A DNA stretch of 64,000 nt, taken from the NCBI GenBank assembly GCA_964584935.1, contig CAZPBN010000003.1, forward strand, positions 39,880 through 103,879, given 5' to 3'. Of the stretch, positions 19,381 through 30,110 are shown one piece after another. The notes under the pieces are model-generated. The model did not search any database, had not been told where the DNA came from, and worked only from the letters and a program-made list of their open reading frames with translations. The position numbers and the translations under genes are program-made. How positions within the stretch are numbered: position 1 is the first letter of the stretch; the number at the start of each line of letters is the position of its first letter. The DNA is from an uncultured Eubacteriales bacterium. GTDB taxonomy: Bacteria; Acidobacteriota; Aminicenantia; Aminicenantales; Aminicenantaceae.

Positions 19381-20753
19381 TTTTCCTCAGAATAGTATTT
19401 TTCCAGATATTCCGGTCTGATCCTTTTCAGTTCTGCCCTGGGAATGGTCCGAAGAAGTTTCCAGCCGGAATCAATGGTTTCTGTGATAGAGCGGGTTTCG
19501 AATTCACCCTGTTGAACAAATACTTCTTCATACTGGTCTGCGAATTTCAAGTACAGTTTATCCAATTCTGAAAGGGCTGCCTCTCCCAAAATCAACGACA
19601 ATTCTCTTGCTTCCTTACCTCTGGCATAGCAGGCAAATAACTGATTCAGCACATCAGCATGATCCTCCCGGGTTTTGCCTTCACCGATTCCCTGGTCTTT
19701 TAATCTGGAGAGACTGGGGAGCACATCAATAGGGGGATAAATTCCTTTGCGGTGAATCTCTCTGCTCAGCATGATCTGTCCTTCTGTGATATATCCTGTT
19801 AAATCCGCAATGGGATGGGTTTTATCATCCTCGGGCATGGTGAGAATCGGAATAAGAGTTATGGATCCTTTCTTGTTTTTGATGCGTCCAGCCCTTTCAT
19901 ACATGGAGGCAAGGTCAGTATAAAGATATCCTGGATACCCGCGTCTTCCTGGAATTTCTTTCCTTGCGGCTGATATCTCCCGAAGCGCTTCGGCATAAAA
20001 AGTCATGTCAACCAGTATCACCAGAACATGCATGTCAAGGTCAAAGGCAAGATATTCCGCACAGGTCAGAGCCAGCCGGGGAGTGGCAATCCTTTCAATG
20101 GGAGGCTCATTCGCCAGGTTTAAAAAAAGAACAGCTCTTTCCAGCGCTCCAGTATTCCGGAAATCTTCAATGAAAAAATTTGCCTCCTCAAAGGTAATTC
20201 CCATGGCACCAAAAACAACCGCAAATTTTTCTTTTTTTCCGAGCACAGTGGCTTGCCGTGCTATCTGGGCAGCAATTCTGGCATGCGGCAATCCACTTCC
20301 TGAAAAGAGTGGAAGTTTCTGTCCTCTGACCAGGGGGTTCATTCCATCAATCGAGGACAATCCTGTTTGAATAAACTCAGAGGGATAATCCCTGGCTTGA
20401 GGATTGATGGGACTTCCATTTATATCAACCATCTTATCTGCAATAATCTGGGGGCCTTGATCTTTAGGCCTTCCCGAACCATCAAACACCCTTCCAATGA
20501 TATCGTCTGAAACACCAAGCATCTGCGAACGCCCCAGGAAACGAACACGTGATTGATCAACATCAAGCCCGACCGTTCCTTCGAAAACCTGAACAACAGC
20601 CCTCTCCTTTGAGACATCCAACACCGTTCCCCGGCGCATGATTCCCTCAACTGTTTGTATTTCTACCAATTCCCCGTATTTAACATCTTTTATTTGTTCC
20701 ACAATGAGCAAAGGGCCGACTATATTGGATACGGTTATATATTCTTTATGCAT
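19377..20753 (-). CDS. atpB: A/V-type ATPase subunit B
   Basis: Typical B-subunit blocks ([35 protein letters not shown]). Confidence 0.95.
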   Translation of the reverse strand: MHKEYITVSNIVGPLLIVEQIKDVKYGELVEIQTVEGIMRRGTVLDVSKERAVVQVFEGTVGLDVDQSRVRFLGRSQMLGVSDDIIGRVFDGSGRPKDQGPQIIADKMVDINGSPINPQARDYPSEFIQTGLSSIDGMNPLVRGQKLPLFSGSGLPHARIAAQIARQATVLGKKEKFAVVFGAMGITFEEANFFIEDFRNTGALERAVLFLNLANEPPIERIATPRLALTCAEYLAFDLDMHVLVILVDMTFYAEALREISAARKEIPGRRGYPGYLYTDLASMYERAGRIKNKKGSITLIPILTMPEDDKTHPIADLTGYITEGQIMLSREIHRKGIYPPIDVLPSLSRLKDQGIGEGKTREDHADVLNQLFACYARGKEARELSLILGEAALSELDKLYLKFADQYEEVFVQQGEFETRSITETIDSGWKLLRTIPRAELKRIRPEYLEKYYSEEK

Positions 20754-20762
20754 TTTGTCCTC

Positions 20763-22520
20763 TCATGACTTGTCCTTGCTTAAGGTTTTAAAAGTGTTAT
20801 CAATCTCAATATATGTTTCAACTATGCCTGAATCCTCCTCAGGGAGATATTTCATCTGCGATATATTTTCTCTCACTTCCAATTCAATGATTGTTTCCAG
20901 TTCAATTCCTTTCTCAAGAGCCTTCAGAGCCTCATGATGAAAATGTATTATCGAACGGAGCATCTGGTATTGTTTTCTGTAAGAAGTGTAGGTATCTTGC
21001 GGATGGAATGCATTCTGGTGGAGAAAATCTTCCTTGATGGAACGGGAGGACTCCAGAATAAGGCGTTCCTTATCCGAAAGGGATTCCACTCCCACAAGCC
21101 TGGCAATCTCCTGAAGTTCGGATTCTTCCTCGAGCAGATGCATGGCTTCCTGCCTGAGTTCCGAAAATTCTTCATTAACCTCTTTATCCCAGTAAGCCTT
21201 TATATTTTCTTCATAAAGAGAATAGCTCAAAAGCCAGTTTATAGCGGGAAAGTGCCGCATATTAGCCAGTTTATCATCCAGAGCCCAGAACACTTTCACT
21301 ACTTTAAGAGTTGACTGGACAACTGGATCTGAAAGGTCTCCTCCAGGGGGAGACACAGCCCCTATAACACTCAAAGCCCCCCTTCTTTTATCTGATCCAA
21401 GACAGACGACTTTTCCGGCCCTCTCATAAAATTCAGCAAGACGGCTCGCGAGATAAGCCGGATATCCCTCTTCCCCTGGCATCTCCTCCATCCGGCCGGA
21501 TATTTCTCTCAATGCTTCGGCCCACCGGCTGGACGAATCAGCCATAAGGGCTACGGAATACCCCATATCACGAAAGTACTCTGCTATGGTCATTCCGGTG
21601 TAGATTGAAGCTTCCCTGGCTGCAACAGGCATATTAGATGTATTGGCAATAATAATCGTTCTTTCCATCAAAGGGCGGCCTGTATGCGGATCCTTGAGTT
21701 CCGGGAATTCAAGCAAGAGGTCTGCCACTTCATTTCCTCTTTCTCCACAGGCGACAAATACAACAACCTGGGCATCAGACCATTTTGCCAGCTGATGCTG
21801 CACTACTGTTTTCCCGCTGCCAAAAGGACCGGGCACACAAGCTGTTCCTCCTTTTGCCAGAGGAAAAAGCGTATCCAGCACTCTCTGTCCCGTTGATAAA
21901 GGAACATCGGGCATTAACCTTTCCTGAACTTTCCTATTTTTTCGAATAGACCAAGTCTGAAACATTCTCACTTCTTTGGTTTCTTCACTGGACTGTATTC
22001 GGGCGACTGTTTCATTTATCGTAAACTTTCCTTTTCTTATCTCTATAACTTTTCCTGAATACCCGAGAGGAACCATTATCTTGTGTTTTATCAAAGGTGT
22101 CTCTTCAATCTCTCCTAAAAAATCACCTTCAACAACAGTTTTTCCTTGTTTCACACCTGGCGTAAAATCCCATTTCTTCTCTCTATCAAGAGAAGGGACT
22201 TCAATACCTCTGGTAACAAAGTCTCCCTCATTGTCTCTAATAACATCCAGAGGTCTCTGGATACCATCATATATAGAGCTAATAAGTCCGGGCCCCAGTT
22301 CCACGCTTAGAGGTTTTCCGGTGAGAAAGACAGGCTCATCAGGACCAATTCCGGTTGTGTCTTCATAAACCTGGATAAAAGCTTTGTCTTCCCTTAATTC
22401 GATGATCTCGCCTATCAATCCCAATTCCCCTATTTTCACCATGTCATACATTTTTGCTCCCAGACAACCGGATGCTATCACGAGCGGTCCAGCAACTCGA
22501 ATGATTTTACCTTTTTTCAT
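20763..22520 (-). CDS. atpA: A/V-type ATPase catalytic subunit A
   Basis: Walker A GPFGSGKT and the non-homologous insert typical of A subunits. The ATG at 22520 is preceded by GGAAGAGGGA. The ORF-track start at 22541 is a TTG. Confidence 0.95.
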   Translation of the reverse strand: MKKGKIIRVAGPLVIASGCLGAKMYDMVKIGELGLIGEIIELREDKAFIQVYEDTTGIGPDEPVFLTGKPLSVELGPGLISSIYDGIQRPLDVIRDNEGDFVTRGIEVPSLDREKKWDFTPGVKQGKTVVEGDFLGEIEETPLIKHKIMVPLGYSGKVIEIRKGKFTINETVARIQSSEETKEVRMFQTWSIRKNRKVQERLMPDVPLSTGQRVLDTLFPLAKGGTACVPGPFGSGKTVVQHQLAKWSDAQVVVFVACGERGNEVADLLLEFPELKDPHTGRPLMERTIIIANTSNMPVAAREASIYTGMTIAEYFRDMGYSVALMADSSSRWAEALREISGRMEEMPGEEGYPAYLASRLAEFYERAGKVVCLGSDKRRGALSVIGAVSPPGGDLSDPVVQSTLKVVKVFWALDDKLANMRHFPAINWLLSYSLYEENIKAYWDKEVNEEFSELRQEAMHLLEEESELQEIARLVGVESLSDKERLILESSRSIKEDFLHQNAFHPQDTYTSYRKQYQMLRSIIHFHHEALKALEKGIELETIIELEVRENISQMKYLPEEDSGIVETYIEIDNTFKTLSKDKS

Positions 22521-22848
22521 CTTTCCCTCTTCCTTTGACAAACGAATCCGATCCGGTGGCTTTTATAGCTATATCCTTCATCATACGTTCCATATAATCA
22601 GTGATCCCTCTATGATCGGAGAAACCAACAACCACCGGACAAAATTTTTTTTTCATATCCTTAAGCTCTTCCGATAAAGGCTCTAAAAAACTCTCATGCA
22701 TAAAACAAAGCGCAATCCCTTCATCTTCCAGAGAGTATAAAATTCTTCTGGCTTCTTCGGAATTTTTTGGAGAAAATATCTTCATCCCTGTCGCTTTAAA
22801 TCCGAACACAAGATCAATATCTCCTATTATAGCTACTTTATCAAACAT
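22507..22848 (-). CDS. atpF: A/V-type ATPase subunit F
   Basis: [21 protein letters not shown] is typical of F. ATGTTTGA overlaps the subunit C stop. Confidence 0.85.
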   Translation of the reverse strand: MFDKVAIIGDIDLVFGFKATGMKIFSPKNSEEARRILYSLEDEGIALCFMHESFLEPLSEELKDMKKKFCPVVVGFSDHRGITDYMERMMKDIAIKATGSDSFVKGRGKDEKR

Positions 22849-23626
22849 AGGTTTCACTTATCCTTTTTTTCAAAATCTGGGAAGGTATTTTGTTCAATTT
22901 CCCGATTCCCAGAAGTCTGACCAGGTTTAGTTCTCTTTGCTTAGCCAGAGCATAGGCAAAAACAGGCTCAGGACCGAATACTATATATTTTGCTTTCTGC
23001 AAGATCCTCATTAAAAAGTCCTCAAAACTGCGCTCAAACTCGACAAAAGTCTCTTCTTCCTCAAGTGTATCCGTTGCCCTATCCCAGATTTCATAGTAAG
23101 GTGTGGCACGAAGTTTCTCTCCAAATTCAGCATAAGAAAGTTCAAAATCTTTTATAAAAGTTGTCTCATCAAGAAAACCACCTTCAATGAGCATTTCCTT
23201 CAGTTTATTTTTGTTAAAACCAAGATAGGTGGCTCTTGAATAATATTTAATGTTAGTCAGATCTATTTTATGTCTGAAATAATTGATGAAAAAGGAACAA
23301 TCCATTTCTTCAGCCAGCAATAGTGCTTTTTGAGGATGATTGGCTCTGTCAATAAGAACTTTGATTTTTTCATCCACAGCTATTTTTGATATTTCATCAT
23401 CAAGTGCATTCTTTTCTCTTGTAATGAATTCATCAAGTTCCTCGGAGTTGTTCACATTTATTATCTCTTCTGAGAATTGCCCCGCATCAAATATCATCTT
23501 TAAGACAGACCTTATGTCTTCTTCACTAGCCACTTCAAGAAAAACTCCTTTGGAAACAAGGTTTTTTTCCAAAACGCGCACACGCCCTACTGAATAAAGA
23601 TAATCAAGCCTTGATGGTTGTTTCAT
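22841..23626 (-). CDS. atpC: A/V-type ATPase subunit C (short, 261 aa)
   Basis: Position between E and F, helical composition, and the LDYLYSVGRVRVLE N-terminus typical of the family. Confidence 0.75.
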   Translation of the reverse strand: MKQPSRLDYLYSVGRVRVLEKNLVSKGVFLEVASEEDIRSVLKMIFDAGQFSEEIINVNNSEELDEFITREKNALDDEISKIAVDEKIKVLIDRANHPQKALLLAEEMDCSFFINYFRHKIDLTNIKYYSRATYLGFNKNKLKEMLIEGGFLDETTFIKDFELSYAEFGEKLRATPYYEIWDRATDTLEEEETFVEFERSFEDFLMRILQKAKYIVFGPEPVFAYALAKQRELNLVRLLGIGKLNKIPSQILKKRISETYV

Positions 23627-24039
23627 ATCCCTAAAATTTCTGTAATATATTTTTCAAGTTTAGGCCTGATCTCCTCTTTCATCTTCTCCTCATCATAAAG
23701 CTCTTCTTTAACTCCATCTTTAAGAATGATTTTTCTTTTTAAAGCCGATTTTCCGATCTTTTGTTTTTTAAACGCTTTTTCAATCACTTCCTCTATTATT
23801 TTCTTTTTACTAGATAAAAGTTTGATCTTCATTTCAAGACGTGCCCCTGTAACAATCCGGCTTGCCTCCAGTTCCGCCTTTCTCTTTTTTTCTTTAAGTA
23901 TCAATTCGGCTTTTTCTGAAGCTTCTTTCTCCGCAGCCTTTTTTATACTGTCAGCCTTTTCTTTACTTTCAAGAATTATTTTTTCTGCTTCCCTTTGGGC
24001 ATCATCTATTATTTTATTCAAAATATTCTCTAAACTCAT
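23623..24039 (-). CDS. atpE: A/V-type ATPase subunit E (short, 138 aa)
   Basis: ILNKIIDDAQREAEKIILESKEKA coiled-coil N-terminus, and position after the proteolipid gene. Confidence 0.75.
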   Translation of the reverse strand: MSLENILNKIIDDAQREAEKIILESKEKADSIKKAAEKEASEKAELILKEKKRKAELEASRIVTGARLEMKIKLLSSKKKIIEEVIEKAFKKQKIGKSALKRKIILKDGVKEELYDEEKMKEEIRPKLEKYITEILGI

Positions 24040-24146
24040 ATTTTTTGGACATCCTCCTGAAATTTTGTATGAGAAATTTCCTTAAACAGTTAGAAATATG
24101 ATTTTCCTTCCCTTAAAAAACACATTGACATCGGTCAGAATAATCT

Positions 24147-24623
24147 CTAGGACAACGATATTCCATTGAGAAGAAGTATGGTTATCAAAAGTCCAAGTAC
24201 AGCATATGTTTCAACCAGAGCAGCCATAATGACTGGTTTCATCAAATCCTTGGGTTGTTTGGCAACCATATAAACTCCAGAAGCGCAGACTTTTCCCTGA
24301 TGTATTCCTGAAACCAATCCAGTTAAAGCCACAGGTAGACAGGTAATAAGAATATGCCACCCCTGGAAAACTGTGGGAGTCGCCATTTCTCCCCCTACAA
24401 GTCCAACCTTAAGGAGGACTAAAAATGCACTTAAAAATCCATAAATGCCCTGTGTTCCCGGAAGAGCGACAAGCAGGAGCAAGCTTCCGAATTTCTCAGG
24501 GGCTTCACTCATTACCCCGCTAGAAGCTTGACCGGCAAGTCCAATCCCTATAGCAGATCCGATTCCTCCCAGAATAACAGCAAGTGCTCCTCCTGATATA
24601 GCGAGTGTCATACCTAACGACAT
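24147..24623 (-). CDS. atpK: A/V-type ATPase proteolipid subunit K (4-TM, duplicated hairpin)
   Basis: At 158 aa it aligns by eye with Enterococcus hirae NtpK: ALPGTQGIYGF, SGIHQGKV and AALVETYAVLG. Confidence 0.9.
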   Translation of the reverse strand: MSLGMTLAISGGALAVILGGIGSAIGIGLAGQASSGVMSEAPEKFGSLLLLVALPGTQGIYGFLSAFLVLLKVGLVGGEMATPTVFQGWHILITCLPVALTGLVSGIHQGKVCASGVYMVAKQPKDLMKPVIMAALVETYAVLGLLITILLLNGISLS

Positions 24624-24656
24624 ATCCTCCTCCTATATTATCTTAAATTATTTTAT

Positions 24657-26567
24657 TTAGATAAATTCAATATACTTACTCTCTAATTCGAAAGGCTTAA
24701 AAGGCCTTCCTCCGGAGATGAAGAATTTACTGAAAAATTCAACAAACTGCAGACGCATTGAGTGGACAAATCCTCCTAAAAAGCTGATCCCTAAATTAAA
24801 CAAATGCCCTCCCGTAAATATCAACGCTGCAAAAAGCCATCCCACCCATGGAATACCAAGGGCTGTCTTGCAAAGTGTATTGACAACCATAGCTATCACA
24901 CTGGTTGCCAGTCCCAGAGCTAAGAGTCTGGAATAGGACAGAATATCTGCAAGATAGCGGGAAATATCATATAAACTATAAAGTCCACCGAAAAATCGAG
25001 CAAATGGATTCCGGCTGGGGACAGCAAAAAAAATGATGGCTGCTGCGCCGATAAGGGATAAAATTCCTCCTAACGGCACCTTAAAATAACCATACACAAC
25101 AAGGGAAGGCAGCAGCAGCAACCAACCTCCCTGCACAAATATCGCCTGCAAATATTCCCTGTTTTTAATCAATGATATCATCCTTATTAAAGTTCCAACC
25201 CATACCTGAATAAAACCGAGGACAAGAGACAAGATTAAAAAAGAAAGGGGATCTTCCACAGGATCAATAACCATCAACTTCCGGAGAGGAAACCCAAACC
25301 ATCCTCCCACAAGTGTACCAAGAATGACATTGGCAACAGAAAGAAAGAGAAGAAGCTGCATAAACTGAAGTAAAGCTCCCTTTGGTTTGCCGAACTTTAT
25401 ATATAAAATACTTAAAAAGCCCACCAAAAATCCATATCCTGCTTCACTCACTGTTAATCCCACAAAGATAAAAAAGAAAGGGGCAAGCGGAATAGTGGGA
25501 TCCACTGTTCCCTGTCTGGGAAGACCATAGAGCTTGGTTATCATCTCGAAAGGCCGGGTAGGTTTGGGATTTTCCAGAATCACAGGAGGATTTTCTTCAG
25601 CCAGAGGATCACGGAAATAAACTTCCGATACATCTTCATAGGCTTTAAGCTTCGATTTTAATTTTCCCCTATCCTTGGCACGAATCCATCCCTCAATATA
25701 AAAAATCTTCTCTGTTTGACCAAGATCCCTTAAAGAAACCAAGCGTTTTCTTTCATTGATGAGAACATCATGGACTATTTTAAGCTCTTTGATATTGGAG
25801 GCGAGATTTTTAATTCCCTCATTAACAGTATCAATGAGGCTTTCCGACTTTTCTATCTCTTTATTTATTTTTTTTATAACGTCCTCTACTCTATCATTAT
25901 CATCTGCTTTATTCAGTATAGAATCTGTAAAATATAAAAGATTAAAATTCAAATCTTTAAAGGCTTTGAACATGATATCTTCTTCTTTTTTCAAATATAT
26001 AACCAACACATATATCTTTCTTTTTCCCTTTTCAATAAGGGAATACCAGAGTGATGATTCAGAAACAAATTTTTGAAATTCTTCAAATCTGGATAAAGGC
26101 AACACTCCAGGAATAACCTCTACCCCCCCTCTTGTTCCTGTTAACATGACAGGAATCTCAAGATTTTTGAGTGTATCCAAGAATTCTTTTTCTCTCTTCA
26201 AGAAATTTAGGTGGGATAAAGCTTCATTTTTTTTAGATTCAAGTTTTTCAACGTTCTCAATAACACCAAGGTAATCAAACTCAAGTGCTTCTTTTTTATC
26301 ATGACGGGACAACCTGGGTTTTTCGCTGAACAGCTTCTCAGAAAAACTCTTCTCTTCCCACTCAGAAAGATAATTCAGAGCATGAGATAAACGATAAATC
26401 GTATGGTCATATTGAGAGGTGTCAGGTTCTGGTGTTTTAAGGCCCAGTTCACTGGTATTTGTTTTCTCAATCTCAATCAATCCTTCATTCTGGAGTGAAG
26501 AGAGAAACTCCTCTTCCTTCTCGATGGAGGTTAGAATCTTAACCTTCTGGACTTCAGCTATAGCCAT
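24657..26567 (-). CDS. atpI: A/V-type ATPase subunit I (a-type stator/membrane subunit)
   Basis: 636 aa with a soluble coiled-coil N-terminal half and a polytopic C-terminal half containing the conserved Arg region (LSYSRLLALGLA). Confidence 0.9.
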   Translation of the reverse strand: MAIAEVQKVKILTSIEKEEEFLSSLQNEGLIEIEKTNTSELGLKTPEPDTSQYDHTIYRLSHALNYLSEWEEKSFSEKLFSEKPRLSRHDKKEALEFDYLGVIENVEKLESKKNEALSHLNFLKREKEFLDTLKNLEIPVMLTGTRGGVEVIPGVLPLSRFEEFQKFVSESSLWYSLIEKGKRKIYVLVIYLKKEEDIMFKAFKDLNFNLLYFTDSILNKADDNDRVEDVIKKINKEIEKSESLIDTVNEGIKNLASNIKELKIVHDVLINERKRLVSLRDLGQTEKIFYIEGWIRAKDRGKLKSKLKAYEDVSEVYFRDPLAEENPPVILENPKPTRPFEMITKLYGLPRQGTVDPTIPLAPFFFIFVGLTVSEAGYGFLVGFLSILYIKFGKPKGALLQFMQLLLFLSVANVILGTLVGGWFGFPLRKLMVIDPVEDPLSFLILSLVLGFIQVWVGTLIRMISLIKNREYLQAIFVQGGWLLLLPSLVVYGYFKVPLGGILSLIGAAAIIFFAVPSRNPFARFFGGLYSLYDISRYLADILSYSRLLALGLATSVIAMVVNTLCKTALGIPWVGWLFAALIFTGGHLFNLGISFLGGFVHSMRLQFVEFFSKFFISGGRPFKPFELESKYIEFI

Positions 26568-26570
26568 AGA

Positions 26571-26936
26571 CTATTTTGACTCCTCTTTCACATATTTATT
26601 TATTTTATCAGCGGTTTTTTCAACCGCATCAGATAGTTTCTTTTCAATATTTTTGTACAGGGAAGCAATACGTTCCTCTGTCTCCTTTTTTATTCCCAAA
26701 GCTTCCTCTTTAGCATTCTTAATTATCAATTCTTTTTGTTCTTCAGCCTTTTCTCTGGCTTCATTGAGGAGATTTTCTCTTATTCTCTTTGCTTCACTAT
26801 ATGCATCCTGAATAATACCAGCTGTCGTTTCATCTCTGGCAGTTTGGATTATTTTCTGCGCTTTTTCTTCTGTAGACTTAATCTTCTCGAGAGCTTCAAA
26901 GGCTTCATCTTTTTTTTGGCTTTTGCTCACTTTCAT
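26571..26936 (-). CDS. atpH: A/V-type ATPase subunit H/G-like peripheral stalk protein
   Basis: A Lys/Glu-rich coiled coil (EALEKIKSTEEKAQKIIQTARDE) encoded by the first gene of the operon. The start is uncertain: ATG at 26936 or TTG at 26963. Confidence 0.7.
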   Translation of the reverse strand: MKVSKSQKKDEAFEALEKIKSTEEKAQKIIQTARDETTAGIIQDAYSEAKRIRENLLNEAREKAEEQKELIIKNAKEEALGIKKETEERIASLYKNIEKKLSDAVEKTADKINKYVKEESK

Positions 26937-27001
26937 CTCACCTGGAATGTCATTCTTATACAAAATCTTTCATTTGTTTTTTTCTTACTAAATCAGACCG
27001 T

Positions 27002-27031
27002 ATTATATCTAATGTGCTATTTTTTTTCCAA
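27002..27031 (-). promoter_or_regulatory. Putative promoter of the ATPase operon (TTGGAA-18-TATAAT on the minus strand)
   Basis: Hexamers are the reverse complements of 27026-27031 and 27002-27007. Confidence 0.35.
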
Positions 27032-27109
27032 TGGATATTTAGCTGGAGTTTCCATAACATTTTAATCCCATTATTTTTATTTATTGGGTCATTAGGTATA
27101 GTGTCCCTT

Positions 27110-27138
27110 TTGAATACCTTTTTAATATATAGTAAAAT
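27110..27138 (+). promoter_or_regulatory. Putative promoter of the aldo/keto reductase gene (TTGAAT-17-TAAAAT)
   Basis: Hexamers at 27110-27115 and 27133-27138. AAAGGAG RBS at about 27166. Confidence 0.35.
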
Positions 27139-27181
27139 AACGTGATATCAGAATTTCTTTTCAAAAAGGAGAATTCGCCTC

Positions 27182-28114
27182 ATGGTAAAAAAAATAAAAA
27201 CAATTTCAAGAAAAGAGTTCCTTAAAAAAGCATCTTTTGCGTTTTTAGGCATGGGGCTTTTAAAAAATGAAAGTCCGGCATTTTTATTTCCTGGAAAACA
27301 GAAAAGTGTTCACTTCCCACTTAGAACTCTGGGCAGAACTGGAATCAGAGTTGCTCCGGTAGGATATGGAGCCTCACGGACAATGGAATCATCCTTGATA
27401 AGAAGAGCAATCGATAAAGGAATCAATTTCATCGACACTGGCAGACATTATTTCAACGGACAAAATGAATATGCTGTCGGAAAAGCAATAAAAGGAATAA
27501 GAAAAAATATCGTGATTCAATCTAAAATCAGCATACGTTCCAATAACCGGAATAAATTACTAAAATCCTCACAAGAAGCTCTGGAAATAATAAAATCAAT
27601 GGAACGTTCTTTGAACAAAAGTCTTGGAGCCCTTCAAACTGACTATATTGATATTATTCTCTTTCATAGTGCGCGTTCATCAGAAATCATTCATCACGAA
27701 ATGGTTATGAATTTTTTCAAAAAAGCAAAGGAATCAGGAAAAATAAGAGCGTACGGGTTTTCATCTCATTCAAATCAGGTTGAACTGCTCAGAGAAGCAA
27801 ATAAAAAAAATTTTTACGAGGTCATTATGGTTCCTTACAATCACAAAGGTTCCTATATTCACTCTGGCAGCGGTCACTACAGTGAATGGAACCAGAAGGA
27901 ACTCGAAATCGAACTGGCGAAAGCTCAAACAAACAATATAGGAATTGTTGCTATGAAAACCTGTTCAGCAGGACCGTATTCTCCTTCCAAAAATATCAAA
28001 CCTTCATATAAAGAAGCCCTGAAGTGGATTTTGAAAAACAGTTCTGTGAGCACAATGGCATCGGCAATGGCAAATTATAAAGAAATGGATGAAGACATTC
28101 AGGCTATGATGTAA
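27182..28114 (+). CDS. Aldo/keto reductase family oxidoreductase with an N-terminal export-like signal
   Basis: GYGASR, IDTGRHY and DYIDIILFHS are AKR blocks. The N-terminus SRKEFLKKASFAFLGMGLL is Tat-like but lacks the twin Arg. Confidence 0.8.
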   Translation: MVKKIKTISRKEFLKKASFAFLGMGLLKNESPAFLFPGKQKSVHFPLRTLGRTGIRVAPVGYGASRTMESSLIRRAIDKGINFIDTGRHYFNGQNEYAVGKAIKGIRKNIVIQSKISIRSNNRNKLLKSSQEALEIIKSMERSLNKSLGALQTDYIDIILFHSARSSEIIHHEMVMNFFKKAKESGKIRAYGFSSHSNQVELLREANKKNFYEVIMVPYNHKGSYIHSGSGHYSEWNQKELEIELAKAQTNNIGIVAMKTCSAGPYSPSKNIKPSYKEALKWILKNSSVSTMASAMANYKEMDEDIQAMM

Positions 28115-28159
28115 ACTAAAAAAAATATACAGTCAAAAAAATTTCTGGAGAATATTGAT

Positions 28160-28783
28160 ATGGAAAATAATAAATCATTTCTGAGGGAAAACAGGGGGTT
28201 TTTCATTGTCATAATTCTGATTTTTGCCTTATTGAGTCTTGGTTATTTTTTAGGAAAAAATCAAAAAATAAAAGCTGAAAAAAGCCAAACATTCTTTTTC
28301 GAAGAAATCAAAGATCAGCAAAGTTTAAAAACTCCAACTCTTGTCATACAATTAATTTTCAACGCGATAAAAAATGATGATATATCTGCCATTGAAGAAT
28401 GTCTGTTAACAGAACAGGAATATTCTGAACTCAAAAACAAGATTCAATCTGTTTATCAATACCTCAACTGGGAAACACATTTATATGATGAGGATGCTTA
28501 TTATACTTCTTACAAGGATTACATTCTAGGAAAATTTGAAACTCTGATCCAATATTTAAAGACCATAAAATCCTACGACCAATTTAATCTGGATGATACT
28601 TATGAAGGAACAACCCTGGAGATTGACAAAATCAAATCTATCAACGGGATATCTGAAGTCATAAACGGAGTCACTCTTGTGATTTCTTTAGCTAACAGCC
28701 GCACATTGGCGAATAAAACGTTAACCATAGAGATATCCCCCTTGATAAAAACATCAAGCAATCAATACAAACTGGTTCCCTAA
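28160..28783 (+). CDS. Hypothetical membrane-anchored protein
   Basis: A single N-terminal TM (FFIVIILIFALLSLGYFL) and no recognisable motifs. GGAGAA lies upstream. Confidence 0.5.
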   Translation: MENNKSFLRENRGFFIVIILIFALLSLGYFLGKNQKIKAEKSQTFFFEEIKDQQSLKTPTLVIQLIFNAIKNDDISAIEECLLTEQEYSELKNKIQSVYQYLNWETHLYDEDAYYTSYKDYILGKFETLIQYLKTIKSYDQFNLDDTYEGTTLEIDKIKSINGISEVINGVTLVISLANSRTLANKTLTIEISPLIKTSSNQYKLVP

Positions 28784-28995
28784 AATAATTTCTTATTAAA
28801 TAAGCCCTTTTAATAGCGGGCTTAGCCTTCAAAATGTTGAGGTATTACTCTCTTAACGAAAAACCATTTTTTTGCTTCCCGCAAAAACAAGTTTTTGTTA
28901 AGAAAAATCCATTTCTCTTCAAATAAATTGAATTATAGACCACTCCTCTTAAAAATATAGGAAGATAAATTAAAAAGTAAGAAGTCTAGGAGTTA

Positions 28996-29193
28996 CTATT
29001 TACCACTCTTAACAGGAAAGAAAAGAATAATTATTGCTGACAACGCTACCAAGATGTATATAATACGACTTACGACAGACATGGCTCCAAATATCCATGA
29101 GACCAAATTGAAATTAAAAATTCCAACGAGACCCCAGTTTAATCCTCCGATAACCACTAAAATTAAAGCAATCCAACTAATAATTTTTGGCAT
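28996..29193 (-). CDS. DUF378-family small membrane protein
   Basis: IALILVVIGGLNWGLVGIFNFNLV is the DUF378 signature. GGAGG lies upstream. Confidence 0.75.
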   Translation of the reverse strand: MPKIISWIALILVVIGGLNWGLVGIFNFNLVSWIFGAMSVVSRIIYILVALSAIIILFFPVKSGK

Positions 29194-29436
29194 TTTGAAC
29201 CTCCTTTAAAATCATTATAAAAATATAAAATCAAATGTCAAATAGAAATTTTATCTTTTTCATTTTTATACAGGTCTCTTAATCTCCATGAAATAAAGGA
29301 ATGGTTCACTATTCCATTCATTTCTATCCTACTCTCTCATTGTTCCTTTTTTTTCTTTTGAATTTTGAATGATAGCCTTATTGACAATAACATCTTTTTA
29401 AAAGAGAATAAATATGAATTTTTTAATTTTAAGAAA

Positions 29437-30045
29437 ATGAAAAGATTATTGATAATAACCTCAATTTTTTGTCTGAGTGTGCTTAACGGACAAGCCTATA
29501 AAAACAGATTTGGAATTTTTGTTCATGCTGGTTTAACAAGTCCGGAAGAAAAAAACATAAATACTTCATTTGAAAGTGGGTTTGGACTCTTCTATCCATT
29601 GAACCACAAATTTTCCCTTTACTTGGATTTTTCACACTGGAAAAGCAGTGTGGAAAGAAAAGAAAACGGTTTGTATAAAGGAAAGCTTTCTGTCTCACCC
29701 TTTATATTATCCATTCATTATCGTTTTATGAAGAATAAAACCATCTGTCCTTATATCTTTTCCGGATTGGGAGTCATTTTCAACAACTTTAAAATCGAAG
29801 ATCTGATCACTATTCCGGAAGTCTCAATCACCCAAAAAGTCAGAACAGGCGTTGGTCTTCAAGCAGGAATAGGAAGTTCTATAAAGATTAGCAATCGAAT
29901 TCAATTATCAGGAGAGATATTCTATTCTTTCAGGAAAGCAAAAGGAGAAACCATAATAATTGATATGAATCTGGGTACAAGCAAGGAGGAGTTTTTATTC
30001 AATATGAGCTCTTTCAATTTGAAAATAGGAATAAAATATCAATAG
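29437..30045 (+). CDS. Outer-membrane beta-barrel protein (OmpW/OprF-N-like small barrel)
   Basis: Signal peptide MKRLLIITSIFCLSVLNGQA, alternating beta-strand pattern, and a C-terminal IGIKYQ. Confidence 0.65.
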   Translation: MKRLLIITSIFCLSVLNGQAYKNRFGIFVHAGLTSPEEKNINTSFESGFGLFYPLNHKFSLYLDFSHWKSSVERKENGLYKGKLSVSPFILSIHYRFMKNKTICPYIFSGLGVIFNNFKIEDLITIPEVSITQKVRTGVGLQAGIGSSIKISNRIQLSGEIFYSFRKAKGETIIIDMNLGTSKEEFLFNMSSFNLKIGIKYQ

Positions 30046-30110
30046 GAAATTACCGTTTAACTTTTATTGAAGTTTTGACAACAAGAAACTAAAGGATATA
30101 ATACAGAAAA

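Noticed and set aside
23726-24085. Long antisense ORFs inside the ATPase E, H and I genes (23726-24085, 25756-26076, 26419-26811).
   Set aside because: They are Ser/Phe/Leu-rich mirror images of Lys/Glu-rich coiled-coil genes on the other strand. This is a typical shadow-ORF composition.
28802-28823. A possible bidirectional terminator (aagccc-N10-gggctt) between the convergent genes at 28783 and 28996.
   Set aside because: The stem is only 6 bp, the loop is 10 nt and there is no flanking T-run. This is too weak to report as a feature.
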